Source: Octopus sinensis
Taxonomy: Eukaryota
NCBI RefSeq assembly: GCF_006345805.1
Contig: NC_043020.1
Location: forward strand, 31,139,756-31,203,755
DNA: 64,000 nt
Direction: 5' to 3'
The notes beneath the pieces were generated by a model that had not been told where the DNA came from, searched no databases, and saw only the letters and a program-made list of their open reading frames with translations. Shown here piece by piece: positions 49,730 through 64,000 of this stretch. A program made the translations under genes and the position numbers. Position 1 is the first letter of the stretch. Each line of letters opens with the position of its first letter.

Positions 49730-51223
49730 TATATATAAACGACGGGCTTCTTCAGTTTCCGTCTACCAAATCCACTCACAAGACTATAGTAGAAGATACT
49801 TGCCCAAGGTACCATGCAGTGGGATAGAACCCGGAACCATGTGGTTCGTAAGCAAGCTACTTACCACACAGCCACTCATATATATACACATACACACGAC
49901 TGGTTTTATTAATTTTCCAGGAGGGTGGACTGCTAAAAAATGCAGTGAAATCTGGATATGCTAGAAACAGCAGTCAAATCTCTTATATGGAAATCTTTAT
50001 GTGTGAGTGTGCGTGTGTGCTAGTCACCCACCCCCCACATTCGCTTGACAACTGATGTCGGTGTGTTTATGTCGACGAAGCTGAGCGCCTTGGCAAAAAG
50101 TGACCGATGGAATAAGTACTAGGCTTACAAGGAATAAGTCCTGGGATCGATTTGTTTCGACTAAAGGCGGTGCTCCAGCATAGCCGCAGTCAACATGTGG
50201 GAAAAAAGTCAAAACTGAAGAAGTTGGGTGGAGAAAGGCGGGGACAAAGTTTCACAATGCCGATTTTTGGCAATTTTCCGAAAACGGGGATTTTTGGCAG
50301 ACACAAAAAAGGAATTACAAATTAATTTATCACCAAGGAAATACGGAACTATGGCGGCTGAAAATTGGTGTCTGACTTTTCGCAAAGCATTGTGGGATTG
50401 TCGTCTGAATGATTTCAATGGCGCGAGATTCAGTTTTTTATTGAAATTTTTATTGAATATTGGTCCTGCAGAGTGAAAGAAGTAAGTAAGAAATTATTAT
50501 TTGACTGGAGAATGATACTCCACATCCCCATTAAGGACTTTTCGTTTTCAATGTACTCGAGTGTTGTTGTTTCTGTTATTGTTGTGATGTGTGGTTGCAT
50601 GTTCGAAATGTAATTAGATAAGTTGTCAACAGACATTCTAACTGATTTGTCAGTCGAGAAGCATACAATCTCTCTATTTTTTAATTTGTTATGGCCTTTC
50701 TTAGTTTTGGTGTCAAGATCACGGGTCTTATTTTTTGTTCGTTTTTGTTTATGCCTTTGGGTGTAATTAGAGAAAGCTGACAGGAGTTAGGATTTAGTAA
50801 GGGTAAACTTTGCTGTACTGGAACGAAAACAATTGCAGCATGGAAGGTGTTTATAAGCCATTTAAGAAACACACAAAAACCGTTCGATTCACTTTAATAT
50901 TTAAATTTAATTTGTCAAAATATTTTCGTTGTTTTGAGACTGCGACTTCACTGACAAAATTCCATGCTGCATCTGAGAAAGTAACAGTTAGTTCATGATA
51001 TATATGTACGTACGTACGTATGTATGTATATATGTACATGTATGTGCTCATGCCTATACGCATGTATGTATGTACTTATGTACTTGTGAGTATTTAGGAG
51101 AAATAGACGTGTCTGTGTGTGTACATGTGTATGTACTTGCGAACGTATGTTTATGTAATATGTGTCAGTTCAATTTGTATACTTGACTGTTACCTTGCCA
51201 CTCGCTATGCAAGTACATCTCTT

Positions 51224-51254
<31 letters not shown>

Positions 51255-51266
51255 TTATATATATAT

Positions 51267-51310
<44 letters not shown>

Positions 51311-54300
51311 GAGAGAGAGAGAGAGAGAGAGAAGCAGATTGTAACATAGATAAATATATAGACAGAAATAGATAGAGTCAGAAGAATAGACATACCAACT
51401 ACCAAACACCTAGACAGATAGACTGCTTGATAGCTCGATAGATATATAGATAAATAGATAGATGCTTATGTTTTTTTATTGCTACTCATCACTCATTTTT
51501 TCCATTTTATGTTTCTCACCTGTACTGCCCTTTGTAAAGAATTAGCAAACTGAGCTGTTTTGCAATAAAGGCTTGAATGGATTGAGAGCCATATGATAAA
51601 CTGGTGAAGGAAGCATGGATTTAAACTCTGCCTTATTAGTTGCTCATTGGTGAAATAGCATAAAAAATATTGTTTATGGTTAAGATTTCTTAATTAATAT
51701 CAGTTTCTATATTAGTGTATGCATCTTTAGTGAAATGATGATGAACTCTCTTACAATATGACTATGTGAATTGCTGAAATTATGGTATATTGTAAATTTC
51801 ACGAATATTTGAATGACAGGAAAGCTATCCTGTTTCCTAACATGCAGATTTATTTTTCCCAAGTCATTTGATTAATTGGTCATGTTTGTAAAACAGGGGA
51901 ATGCCTCAAATTTTAGAGGAAGTGGTTAATTGATTAAATTGATCTTATTACTTGACTTGCACTTTTTTTATCAACGATGAAAGGAAGAGAAACAAAGTTA
52001 GCCTCAACAGGATTTGAAACTAGAATATAAAGAGCTGGTAGAAATATTGGAAGGTATTTTGCCAACACTCTAACAATTGTGCCTCTCCACCATCTTAAGT
52101 TTAATAGAATAAAATCTGTGAATGAATTTTTATGAATTTCTTGTGTAGTTTTAATGAAAGTTGGTCTCACATTGCTTGCATTTATATCTTTCCTGAGACA
52201 TGTAAAAGTTTCCATTTGCATAATGTTTGCCTGTAATATAAATGGTTTACAGAAAGAATTGCTACTTGTCACTTCAAATAAAGAGTAGTGAACTGATACT
52301 AAAGCCAAAATTTTCCTTTCGCTACAATTATGATGTTTTTCTTTTTTACTTTCAGGATTAACAAATGAATGATTACACTTATGGGTTTACATGCAGACTT
52401 TTGTTTATCTTATATCCTTCTATATGTTGGATATGCAAATTTCACGAAGCGGGGATAGACACAACTGTCTTCACACAACCTACTTCAGATTACTCCACTA
52501 AACACAATACTCCAATAAATACAAACTCTGAACAACGTCAACAACTTCCATGAACTCCCAATGACTCTTATGACTCTCTTTGTCTCAACCAATATGCTAG
52601 TTTTTATTATAAGAGTTTTGCTAGTCCATTCTTCCAATCCCATAGGATTACCAATGACTCTCACCACAACAGTTTATACATGTAGACTGTTCTTTATACA
52701 TGTAGATTTTACTGAACAAGTCGCCACATGCGAAGCTTCACCTATATGTAAGTACATAATTTTTTTGTTAAATTAAGTTTTCTGTTAGTTAACCATAGCT
52801 GTTTGTAAATTGAACAACTATTTCTCTGTGTATATTGAACAATTTCCATAAGACATATATGTTTGCAAATGTAAAATATGTTTGTTTCCCAATACCATGG
52901 TTTAGGGTCTAGTTCTACTGTGTGGCATTTTGGGCAAGAGTATTCGACTATAGGTAGGGACCAACAAATGCATTTTTAGTAAAAGTGGTTGATGGGAACT
53001 AGATGATCCTTATTGCATTTGTGTGTGTGTATACACCATATCAATTATGTGATGTATGTTATAGGTAACTGTTGACAAAAAGTGCAAAAATACTCATTGA
53101 AAAATCAAAATAATTTAGAGTAATATCAAGAAGGGATGTGGAATGGATAGTGAAAGGTCTGGCTTGGAAGGTGTCCCACAGTATTGCAGCCTGGGCCAAT
53201 GTGTCATCTTGCTACTGCAAGAGAGTACAGACCATTGAATGTTTGTGAAATATTGGCATCTAAGATTATGAACTCTTTGGATTTACTGATTACCTTGATG
53301 TCAGTGAGATTGCCATTGTCAAACAAGAGATTTGTTACCTTAGTAAGTGTCTACCCTCCAACCATGTGTTCCCCTGAAGAGAAAAAAAAGACTAATATTT
53401 TATCTTTCATGAAAATAGCTTCTGTGCAGTGTTCTTTCTGCTTATAAAATCTTCATAATTGGTGATTTCAATGAAAGCATCTGCAGAGATAAAAAAATTT
53501 GGGATATAATTGGGAAACATGAAGCCAGAAAATGCAATAGTAATGGCTTGTTTAGTACTGCAAGTGTGTTCGATTTTTGCATATACTGGGTAACTGTCAA
53601 TCTCCTAGTGTGGAGCATGCTGTATTTGAGCACCAAATATGTGGGAGTATTTATGTGATCAAGATGAAAGGCAATTAGGTCTCTCATTAATTTCTGTTTG
53701 GTGAGTTGGCCCTGAGGAAAAATCTAGGCAACAAATTGAAATTAAGGCATGAAAGTCATTAGAGACACTTAGAGGATCTAGATCAAATTAGAGAAAGTGA
53801 AAACATCACAAAGTTTTTGATGGAAGAAATTGGTTCATGTTGGAATGAGTGAATTTGAATGAATGTCAATAAAATCTCAGTGTGCATGAAAAGCTTGAGA
53901 GAGATTTTTGGAAAGGTCTTAATATTAATGTTTCCATTGTGTTTTGCTTCAAAAACTACATAGACATGACAGAATTAAATAGACATCCTTATAATTGTTA
54001 AAATTTATTAAAATTATTTATTAATTATTATAATGTGAATATCTAATATTTAGTAGACAGGCTCCTTGCATTTTTGAATGCAAGGACCCTAGCAGGCATG
54101 CTACTGATCTGATGAATATTCTCTTCATGATTTTCTTGCCAAGTTTCTTGCAGTAATATCAAAAGATCTGGCTTTAAGGATGCTTTCTTTTTCTTTTTAG
54201 GAAGTATCCCATCCACCATGCCTCAGGGGTGTTCAGTAGGGTTCATATCTGGTGATTGGCTTAGCTATGGAAGCTTTTTAATGCCATTCTCTTCCAACCA

Positions 54301-57300
54301 ATCCTGGGCACTTTTAGTTGTGCAAGAAAGCCCTATCTTCCATAAATAGTGTTCTTTAATCATGTTACCCCTGGATGTTATAGGAAGAAGATTTTTCTAT
54401 AATATGGACACATATTTATCTGAATTTATGTATCCCTCACACTCCACCATTTCTGATTGACTATTGCTCCAAACTGCTCTCCAGACCATCACATGTTTCA
54501 GTGTTGGCTGCAATATATTCACGTGAAAATATTGGTGACTGATTCTCCAGACCCACATTCGACCAGTGTCAGAAAATACAGCAAATCTGGATTCATCAGA
54601 GAATTTGACAGTGTCCCAAAGTGCTAGTGACCTCTCTACCATCTCACTTGTCCAATCTTTTCTCCATTTGATATTGGCTGGTCGAAGCAGTGTCTTCTTT
54701 CTTGCTGCTCTGCCATAATAGCCAATTTTGCAGAGATAACTGACAGCTATTCTGGGACTGACATCAACTTATTCTGCTATATTGGAGGCCTTGCAATGAG
54801 GATTATCTTACACACTTCTCTTAAGAAAGCAAAGTGTTCTGTCAGAGGGCCTTAGTCTACCTGGGTAAGGTGATATGGACTACTTTCTCGTTTAGTGAAT
54901 TGAAAAATTACTCTATTTACTGTCGAAAGTGGAATCCCATTGTTTTCTGTGGTTTTAGGCTAAGTCAGCCTTGAAATAGGCGCAGCATATGGCCTCTTTG
55001 TAAATTGGACATTTTTAAGGCTTCTTTTGTACATGGCATGATTAAACAGTTACATATAGAACCTGAAACATATAAATGTCAATTAATAAAAAAAATATAA
55101 ACCTCTTCAAGTTATAATAACCATAAAACAATGTGTTAATGGGTATCTATTTACTTTTGTCATGTTTGTGTACAAATGTATCATTTGTTACAACTGCACT
55201 TTGAAAGAAAAAAGAAAACCTTTAGTAGAAAATTAGCATTAGCTACGACAACGTTACCCAACTATTAAATCTTATATTTTTCAAACTCATGCTAGGATGG
55301 AAAAATGAACGTAGATATGAGACTTATTTTTACACATGTATTGATGCATATAAAACATGAAATTATGTTGTCTACATACTTAAATACTTGCAATTAATTC
55401 ATTGTAAGAACATAGAAATTTGACAGGTTTTCTTGAGTTGTTGCTCATCTACAATAATCTGATAAGTTTGAGGTTATTGTTGGTTGCATAAGATTGTCAT
55501 TGAATTTTCTCTCGACAGAAATATCTAATCATTTTATCCATACTAGCATGGGTTGTGTGTGTCATGTTGATATCTGTTTCAGTTTAATTCCCTCTGCAAT
55601 AGTTTTTTTTTGTGTTTATGCAATATGGTACTTTCATAGAATACAGTTGTCTCTTGGCTTACACAATATTCTGTTTCTTAGTTCACTTTTGCACAATTTT
55701 GCTCATTTTCCTCTATTTGTTTCTTTTTGTTTTTACAAATATAGAAGTAGTACTTGCTTCAGTTTCTCATTATATTTTGTTAAATATTTTTGAATTTGAA
55801 ATATTAAAATTGATTTCACTGGAAATGAAAATTCAATGTATAAAATTAACTTTAAACTAGATGTTCAGCATAAAATGCAAAAGTTTTACAAAAAGAATTG
55901 TCATCATCATTTAATTGGCTTGGGTTGGACAGTTTCATCAGGGCTGGTAAGCTGAGGGTCTGCAGCAGACTCCAGTCTTGATTTGTCATTGTTTCTATGG
56001 CTGGATGCCCTTCTTAACATCAAGCACTCCATGAGTGTTGTGGGCAGGGGTTGTGAAAAAAATTAATTGATGGGAAATTAATTACAATATATTGTCTTCT
56101 AAGGCACGGCATGTCATGAAAGGTGTCAGTCATTAGTCATTGCCTTTATAAGTTCCAACAGTCAAAGATCATGCATTACCACCTTGTCCAATGCCTTCTT
56201 ATGTCTGCTTCTTCTGCCATGTAGCATAGTTGTCTGCACAGGTATAATAAATCTGACTTTCAGTCTGAAGGAGAGACCCTTAGTTACCAAACAGAGGAAG
56301 GAGCTCTCTGAATTTGCTCAGCCTATTTTTATTCTTGCAGCCACACTCTTGGTTCATCCACCTCTGCTACTGACTTTGTTGCTCAACAATCTTTATCGTA
56401 CTCCTCTGGTATTTGATGAAGCCCATTTTCTGTACACTTTTAGTGTTTACTGTACATGTGCACTTTCCACATACAAAATATATTTTCCCAGTTTACCTTC
56501 CTCTGATATTGCTACACCTATTATGTGTTATACAGAGTACATCTACCTACCTGTTTCCTTCATATTGATGATGGCCATGTACCTGAAGGGCTTTATGATT
56601 TATCTGTTTTCCTACTTACTAAGACTTTGGGTTAGGTTAATTCTGTGACCTTTCAATTCTAGACCTTGCTTCCGTACGCACAATTTGTTCTCTAGTTCTG
56701 GTAGTGATTTAGCTATAAGAAGAAGCTCATTAGTAAATAAGTGTGAAAACTCTTTGCTTTCACAAACACTTTATGTACACTGATTGAAGCAATGAAAAAA
56801 AAGGTCCTCGGTATACCTGAAACGTGAAGGAAAATATTTGGATAATGAAACGAATAATGTATGGCTAATTGAATGTAATGTAATAAATGATAATATATGA
56901 GTGTTCAGTTGTCATCCTCTATGCCCTCCCCAATTCCTTTGAGAGAAGCATAGAAGACTAATAATATGTATTAAATGATTAACGAAAATAAGAATTAGTG
57001 CAAGAGACCCTTAATCAATATTGACGGTGTGACGATCAAGGAGCAACGTGTCAGTTGTGCATCAGCATAGAGGAGTTGCTAGGGTCTGCCTGTTTTATAT
57101 TCATCTGTTATTACCTGAATGATTATGATACCAACAAAAGTCAAGTACATAGGTTTATACTTGGTTAGGTACTTCTCCTGGGGTTTCTTACCAGAAATAT
57201 ATCATGACTGGTGTTTCTTCCTGATACAAAACCAAATTGCATCTCATCTAGATTAAGTCTTTTCCTAATTAGTTGGGCTATGATCCTCTCTGTGATTTTC

Positions 57301-57557
57301 ATCATCTGAAGAAATTAGTGCCAGTGCAAGCACTTTATTTTTAAAGCACACATCAGGCATATGTTAACATATTAGCAATGAGAAAGCACTCTAATCGATG
57401 TCTACCTATATACATACATATATGCAGGGTAGCCATGTACTTTCTCTACAGCGACACACCTCTGCCTGTCTCTCTATCATACTACAGGTTAGGATGAAGC
57501 CACCCCTCTCACTACTAGCAGTCCACTCATCCTTGAAATTTACTTTTTAATTTTACT
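48623..57557 (+). repeat. Segmental duplication block A, copy 2
   Basis: Paralog of 6714-17192; lacks ~1.6 kb of the Gypsy element (junction at 57060/57061). Confidence 0.97.
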
Positions 57558-58174
57558 AGTGTCAGTGTTACCAAAACTTTTCTCAGACATAGAAACCATG
57601 TGAAAACAGACATTAGATGTACGTGTAGTAATTCATCTCAGATAGTGTGAAATAGTCCAACCCATGACAACATGAAAAACGAATGTTAAATGATGATGAC
57701 ACACATACACGTTAATTGTATTTCTTATATTAATTTCAATAATTAATTTGTTTCTATTTATAAATAAAAACAATTGATTTCGCATGAGAATGATTAGTTT
57801 GATGACTTGTGGAAGCAATGTACTGTGTAAATGTAAGGACAACTGTATTTATTAAACAAGTGTATATCATGATTCGACACATAGATAAAACTTGACTTTC
57901 AAATGTTGGTTGATATTTTGCTTGTTGTTTGCATATCATGCCTTGTATTATAGATCCCAAATGGCCAAAGGTAAGTGGTCTTTCTTATTTTGGTCTGGGT
58001 TTGCTGTTAGGATTGGTTTTCAGAGTTTAGTCTATATTAGGGTCAGCTTGAGGATTTGTGAAGGGATTTTAGAGAGAATAGTCAAGTAAGAGATCAAAGT
58101 TTGAACTAGGGGTTGGGATTTGGGGTGATGAGGAGAGTAGAGATTGAACAGGTTTATTTATAGTGTTGATGACT

Positions 58175-58620
58175 GTTTTATATCGGGTTTAGCATTGAAA
58201 AGCAGGGCTGGGTGCTTGGATAAGATGCGGATGTCAGGTTGATCCAAGTTATCTCCATGGTGGTCTTTGGCATGTTGGTAGAGTATAGAAGACTGTTTTC
58301 TGTCGTCACGTTATCTTAAATGTTCATTTATCCGTTCCGCAATGCTCTTAGACGTCTCCTATGTACATCATGTTCATCTCCTTACAAGCACTTTCTATGC
58401 ATCTTATATTGTAAACTACATTTCGAGTTCTACAGTTAATACCAGGGCTAATTCTACATACCATGCAGTTATCAATTGTGCATATGGTATTCTTAAACGG
58501 GCATGTCCTTCATAATTGTCCTTGGGCATGTCCTTGGCTTTTCAACAATTTTAATGTTGAGTTTGGTCTCTTTCAGAGCTTTTCTAAATCTACGGGCTAG
58601 TTCTCCATGGGCTCTGGTCT
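58175..58620 (-). pseudogene. Penelope-like element GIY-YIG endonuclease remnant
   Basis: Minus strand NCMVC...NCRTRNVVYNIRC...C...MYIG...ERINEHL...SSILYQHAKDHH. Confidence 0.85.
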
Positions 58621-58915
58621 CTACTAATATCACTCCTTGAATTTTTACTGGTGAGTGTGTATTTAATAATAAGGCACTAAAAGAGAAAGACTATCCCCAG
58701 ACACAACAGAATATACACTGTTTTCGCTAATTACTCTTTCACTCACTTTTGCTACTTTCAGTTATTTGACTGCGGCCATGTTGGAGCACCGCCTTCAGTC
58801 AAACAAATAGAGCCCAGGACCTATTCTCTTTTGCCGAACCGTTCAGTTACGGGTGCGTGAAAACAGCAGCATCGTTTGTCAAGCGCTGTTCGATGGATAA
58901 AGAGGCATACAAACG

Positions 58916-58986
<71 letters not shown>

Positions 58987-60246
58987 ACACACACGATGGG
59001 CTTCATTTAGTTTCCGTCTACGAAATCTATTCACAAGGCTTTGGTCACCCCGAGGCTATAGTTGAAGACACTTGTCCAAGGTTCCACGCAGTGGGACTGA
59101 ACCCAGAACACAGTGGTTCGTAAGCAAGCTACTTATCACAAAGCCGCTCCTACGCCTAGCAGTATATATATATATATATATATATTAAGGTATGTAGAAA
59201 AATACAACATGGACAAGAACGTATAACTCTTAGAAGACGATCCAATAAACACGGACAGGACATTCGAAACCCTCAGTCTTCAGTCAAGAACCGGATCATC
59301 GTAGTAATTTCGGCTGATTAATCTTGAGATTACTAGATCACGGCCAGCCCTCCAAGAAAAACTAAGCAACGAGCATTAGAAAAACTAAGCTGGGAGCGTA
59401 GATTTCCTGGAAGAAGGATCGAATGATGCGAAAAGTTTGTTTGTTTGTTTGTCTGGAACGGTTTAAAGACCACTACATCCCGTCGGATTGACTCCAAAAT
59501 TTACGGTTCGTGATCAATCATTCTCACAGAAATGCATGCACAAACAGACACAGAATGTCATGGTTTAAAGGTCAACATGTTTAAAACAAATAGCTACGAG
59601 TTTGCGTATATGCATGTATCTATGTGCATAAGTGCGGACGTGTGTTTTCAGCATGTCTCAGTTTTAAGGTCAACATATTTAAAACATAAATAGGTACGAG
59701 ATTGCGTCTTTGCATGTATCTATATTCGTGGGTGCGGACGTGCGAGTGTTTGTGCGTGTGTGAGCACAGTCCACCTATACCCAAGCTGGTTGCATCGTCT
59801 CATAAGAACCAGCCGTGAAAGTTCCGGATCACATTAATGAACTCATTTGCATACAAACAATTAGGACTCGCCTTGAACTTGTCCGGTTAACAAACAGTAG
59901 TGTTTGAATGGGAATTAGCTTGCTTACCTAACAAATGTTTTCGAGTTCAGTCCCACTGGGTGGCATGTTGGGCAAATGTCTTCTACTATAGTCTCGGGCC
60001 GACCAAAGCCTTGTGAGTGGATTTGGGAGACGGAAACTAAAAGAAGACTGTCGTATGTATATATATATTATATATATGTAGCAGTAAGAGTGGCTATGTA
60101 GCTTGCTTTCCAAACACGGTGTTTCTGGTTCAGTCCACCTACGTGGCCCCATGGGCAAGTGTCTTCCAATATAGCCTCAGACAGACCAACGTTTCTGAGT
60201 AGATTTGGTACACGGAAACAGAAAGTAGCCCGTGGTATATAGATAG

Positions 60247-60287
<41 letters not shown>

Positions 60288-60360
60288 GGTCCCGGGTTGA
60301 TTCGGGGTTAACCACAGTAAATAAGGTACTCAATACATAGCAGAGTAAAATTAATTTATT

Positions 60361-60469
60361 ATATAGAAGGAGCTTCTACAGGACTAGAACTGTTTCATTC
60401 AAGAGAAATCATCAGGAGCTTCCTGATGATTTCTCTTGAATGAAACAGTTCTAGTCCTGTAGAAGCTCC

Positions 60470-60477
<8 letters not shown>
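60361..60477. repeat. Perfect 56-bp inverted repeat with 5-nt spacer
   Basis: 60361-60416 is the exact reverse complement of 60422-60477. Confidence 0.97.
60415..60469 (+). ncRNA. Type-I hammerhead ribozyme motif
   Basis: Stem I GGAGCUUC/GAAGCUCC (8 bp), CUGAUGA at 60423-60429, stem II UUC-ucuu-GAA with a U.U pair at its base, GAAA, stem III ACAG/CUGU, predicted GUA cleavage after 60461. Confidence 0.75.
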
Positions 60478-60522
<45 letters not shown>

Positions 60523-61477
60523 CATAGGTATATATTGACAGATATATGTATATACATATAGATATTTAAACATATAAGGGATGGCCATAATGGGACATCC
60601 GACTCACTAGAGAGAGCAGTTAAACTCAAAAAAATCGTAAAATCTACGTCATGTCTGAATAATATATTCGAAAGTTACTTCCTCTTGCTCATTATAATTT
60701 ATTAAAAGTAATATAATTGTATGTAAGGAAAGTAGCTCTGGAAGATGTTATCTAGTTATCTCCCTTCCGAGAGTTAATTTCCTTAAATATTTTTTATTGT
60801 TAAGTTATAATATTCAAGGGAAGTAACTGTAGAAGATACTTTGTAGTTATCACCCTTAAGTATGTAGTTATCGTAATATACGCTTTGTCGCTCTTAGACT
60901 CTTTCAGTTATTTCACTGTGACCATGGTGGAGCACCGCCTTTAGTGAAGCAAATCAACCCCAGGAATTATTCTTTGTATGCCTATTACTTAATGTATAGG
61001 TCTTTTTGCAGAACCGATAAGTTACGGGGACGTAATGTTCGATGTACTGATTTAGTGGGTATTTATTGTAATAATTTCAATTATCATAAATTATGGGCTA
61101 GGAGAAATACTAGAAACTTTTTTGATAGACCTATTGGGGCTCCTTGTGTGTGTGGGACTGTTTTTATTTATGTGAGTGTGGGTATTTTCATTTCAGTGTT
61201 TGTGTGTGTGTGTGTCGTCTGTGTGCACGAGTGTGTGAGCGACTGAGTGTTTCTATTTGTTTGTGTGAGCGACTGAGTGTTTCTATTTGTTTGTGTGTGC
61301 GACACTTACAACTACAACAAACACATTGACCATTTCTAAGATACCCACATTTAAAATCACTAGCTACTAAATCAAAATAAGTTCAGTTTATTGCACCTTT
61401 AGTGGCTTCAGATGTTGCTCATATTTTTCCCATGTGTCGTCAATGTATTAATTTCACAAGATATATATATATAGATC

Positions 61478-61518
<41 letters not shown>

Positions 61519-62585
61519 TATATACAGAGAGAGAGAGAGAGACAGATATATATATATATATATGTATATATAGAGAGAAACATGTATATACATATAGATA
61601 TTTATATATATGTATATGTGTGTATGTTTCGATGTCCCCAAAACCGCTTGACAACCGATGCCGGTGATTTTTACACTCCATCAACTTATCCGTTCGGGAA
61701 AAGAAGACCAACAGAATAAATACTAGACTGACGTAGATAAAAGTCCTAGTGTCGATTTGCTCAAGAAAAGGATGTGCTCCAGCATAGGCACAGTGAAATG
61801 ACTAAACCAAGAAAAGAGTAAAAGTAACTGTGGAAGATTTTTTAGTCATCTCCCTTTCTAGAGTTACTCCCCCTGCATTTCATTAGTTAGTAAATTATAA
61901 TATGCGAGGTAACTCTACAAAGTAAGATAACTCCAAAATTTCCAGAGTTACTTCCCTCACATATATTGATAAATGCTAAATATACTAGCGAAGGGAAGTA
62001 ACTCTAGAAAGGGAGATAATTACAAAATTTCCAGAGTTAGTTCCCTTACATGTATCAGTGTTTGTACGTGAAACTTTTTATTTGTGTGTGTGAGTGTCGG
62101 TAGTTTAATTTCTGTGTTTGTGTGAGTGTTTTTATTTCTGTGTGTATGTGTGTGTGAACCTATGTGCGTTTTTATTCGTTTGTGTGTGTGCGACATTTAC
62201 AGCTACAACAAACACTTTAAGCATCTCCAAGATAGCCACAATTGCAAATCACTAGCTGCTAAATAAAAAGACGTTCAATTTATTGCTACTTGAGATTTGC
62301 GATTGTTAAGCACCCAATGCTCCCCGTATCTACATACCTAGTACTGGCTTTGCAGTGAAATCTAGTCAACAATTTGTCTCCTTTTTTGTTAAATCGTGTT
62401 GGAACTGGTGGATAAGATTAGACAGTTTTGTCATTATCTTCGATTGACTAGTTGTTGATGTTTTAACCGATGTTTTACTCCCTGTATTTTAGCAGTTCGG
62501 CAAAAGAGAACAAGTTAGAATTAATACTAGGCTTACAACGAATAAGTGCTGCGGACGATGTGCTCGACTAAAGGCGGCGCTCCAG

Positions 62586-62628
<43 letters not shown>

Positions 62629-63274
62629 TATATATTTACATAGATATACGTGTATATACCTACACACGCATATATACTATCTAAAGCAAAAAAGAAACTT
62701 GATTATGTCATTATTACTTTATTACATACATTACTTTATTACAGATATTACAACATGAAACGTATTATATGACGTTAGGGAAGTAACTCAAGGAGATATT
62801 TTCTGCTATCTCCCTAGTGAACAGGTCATAGACTTTTCTCGTTATTTACTCTTTTACTCTCATTTACTTGTTTCAGTCATTTGACTGAGGCCATGTTGCA
62901 GCACCACCTTCAGTCGAGCATATCGACCCCAGGACTTATTCTTTGTAGGCCTAGTACTTATTCTATCATTCTCTTACGCTGAACCTCTAAGTTATAGGGA
63001 CGTAAACAGACTAGCATCCGTTGTGTAGCAATGTTTGGGGACAAAGAGACACACGCACACACATAAACATATATGACTGGAGTTTTCCAGTTTCTTTCCA
63101 CCAAATCCAATCACAAGGCTTTGGTCGGCTCGGGGCTATAGTAGATTTTTCAAACGATGCTGGTGTGTTTTCCTCCCTGTATTTCAGCGGCTCGGCAGAA
63201 AAGAATAAGTTAGAATAAATACTAGGCTTAGAAAGAATAAATGCTGCTGACGATGTGCTCAAAGAAGATAGATT

Positions 63275-63332
<58 letters not shown>

Positions 63333-63351
63333 TATAGATATGTCAGATATA

Positions 63352-64000
63352 TATAAACTTAGATAGTTTTCGACCAAAGATTGGTCCAGGCCATGTCTAA
63401 CTTAATTGCACCACCTGATAGGATTATTCGACTCCTGTTTAAGTCAAGTTTTGTTTAAGTCTAGTTTTGTTCAAGTAGTGAGTTCTTGTTGAGTGAGTTG
63501 TATCCAGTTTTGTTCAAGTAGTGAGTTCTTGTTGGGTGGGTTGTATCCAATTATGGGTGGCTTATCTGGTATTCTTTGAAGGAATCTATCCAGACTCTGT
63601 TTAAAGTTGATGGGATCCTTTTCCTCTTTGACCTCTCTCGGGACAATGTTAAATAGGGCAGGGCCTGTTGAGGAAAAGAAATTATGTTGCAGTGTACATG
63701 TATGTTGTGATCTTGAATTGGGCAGGGGACGTATAGCCCGTGGTCCAAGTCTTGGATGAACCTTGAAGCTAATGTTTATGTCGTTTGGGCATAGTTGGCG
63801 GTATATTTTCCACATCGTACAAATGATGTACCGCTCACGGCGACGCTAGAGGGAGTAAAGTTTCAAGGCTTTAAGGCGATCCCAATAATTGAGAGCAGCC
63901 ATGCCTTCAATTCGTTTAGTGAATGCCCTCTGGGGTGACTCAATTCTGGAAATGTTTTGTCTTGTGTGAGAAGACCACAGTGGGCAGCAGTATTCAAGGT
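63352..64000 (-). mobile_element. CR1/L2-group LINE 3' end, running off the window
   Basis: MWKIYRQLCPND...HPRLGPRAIRP...GPALFNI...IPDKPP is homologous to 28350-28650; similar catggcctgg...ctaagtt tail. Confidence 0.9.

Overview
AT-rich, microsatellite-dense animal DNA, most consistent with an octopod cephalopod (OR-type and OK-type tRNA-derived SINEs, abundant (TA)n/(CA)n, RTE and CR1-group LINEs). I found no convincing host protein-coding gene. Most listed ORFs are translated microsatellites or transposon remnants. The window is a mosaic of duplicons: a tandem segmental duplication with ~41.9 kb offset (6714-17192 vs 48623-57557, plus smaller paralogous blocks), a ~7.5 kb array of 87-bp satellite with higher-order structure (38791-46260), and mobile-element relics. 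These relics include a near-intact DD34D mariner, Tc1, Merlin, MITEs, an internally deleted Gypsy, RTE and CR1-group LINEs, Penelope RT and GIY-YIG fragments, and a Helitron-like element. The most notable signals are RNA-structural. (1) A 355-bp unit carrying a minimal type-I hammerhead ribozyme with a 79-bp terminal redundancy (19247-19679), which looks like a retrozyme copied from a circular RNA. (2) A hammerhead fused to its own perfect 56-bp antisense copy (60361-60477). (3) A CR1-group LINE whose 3' end shares a covarying stem-loop with the OR-type SINE tail (38098-38145). All alignments and identities were judged by eye; no searches were run.
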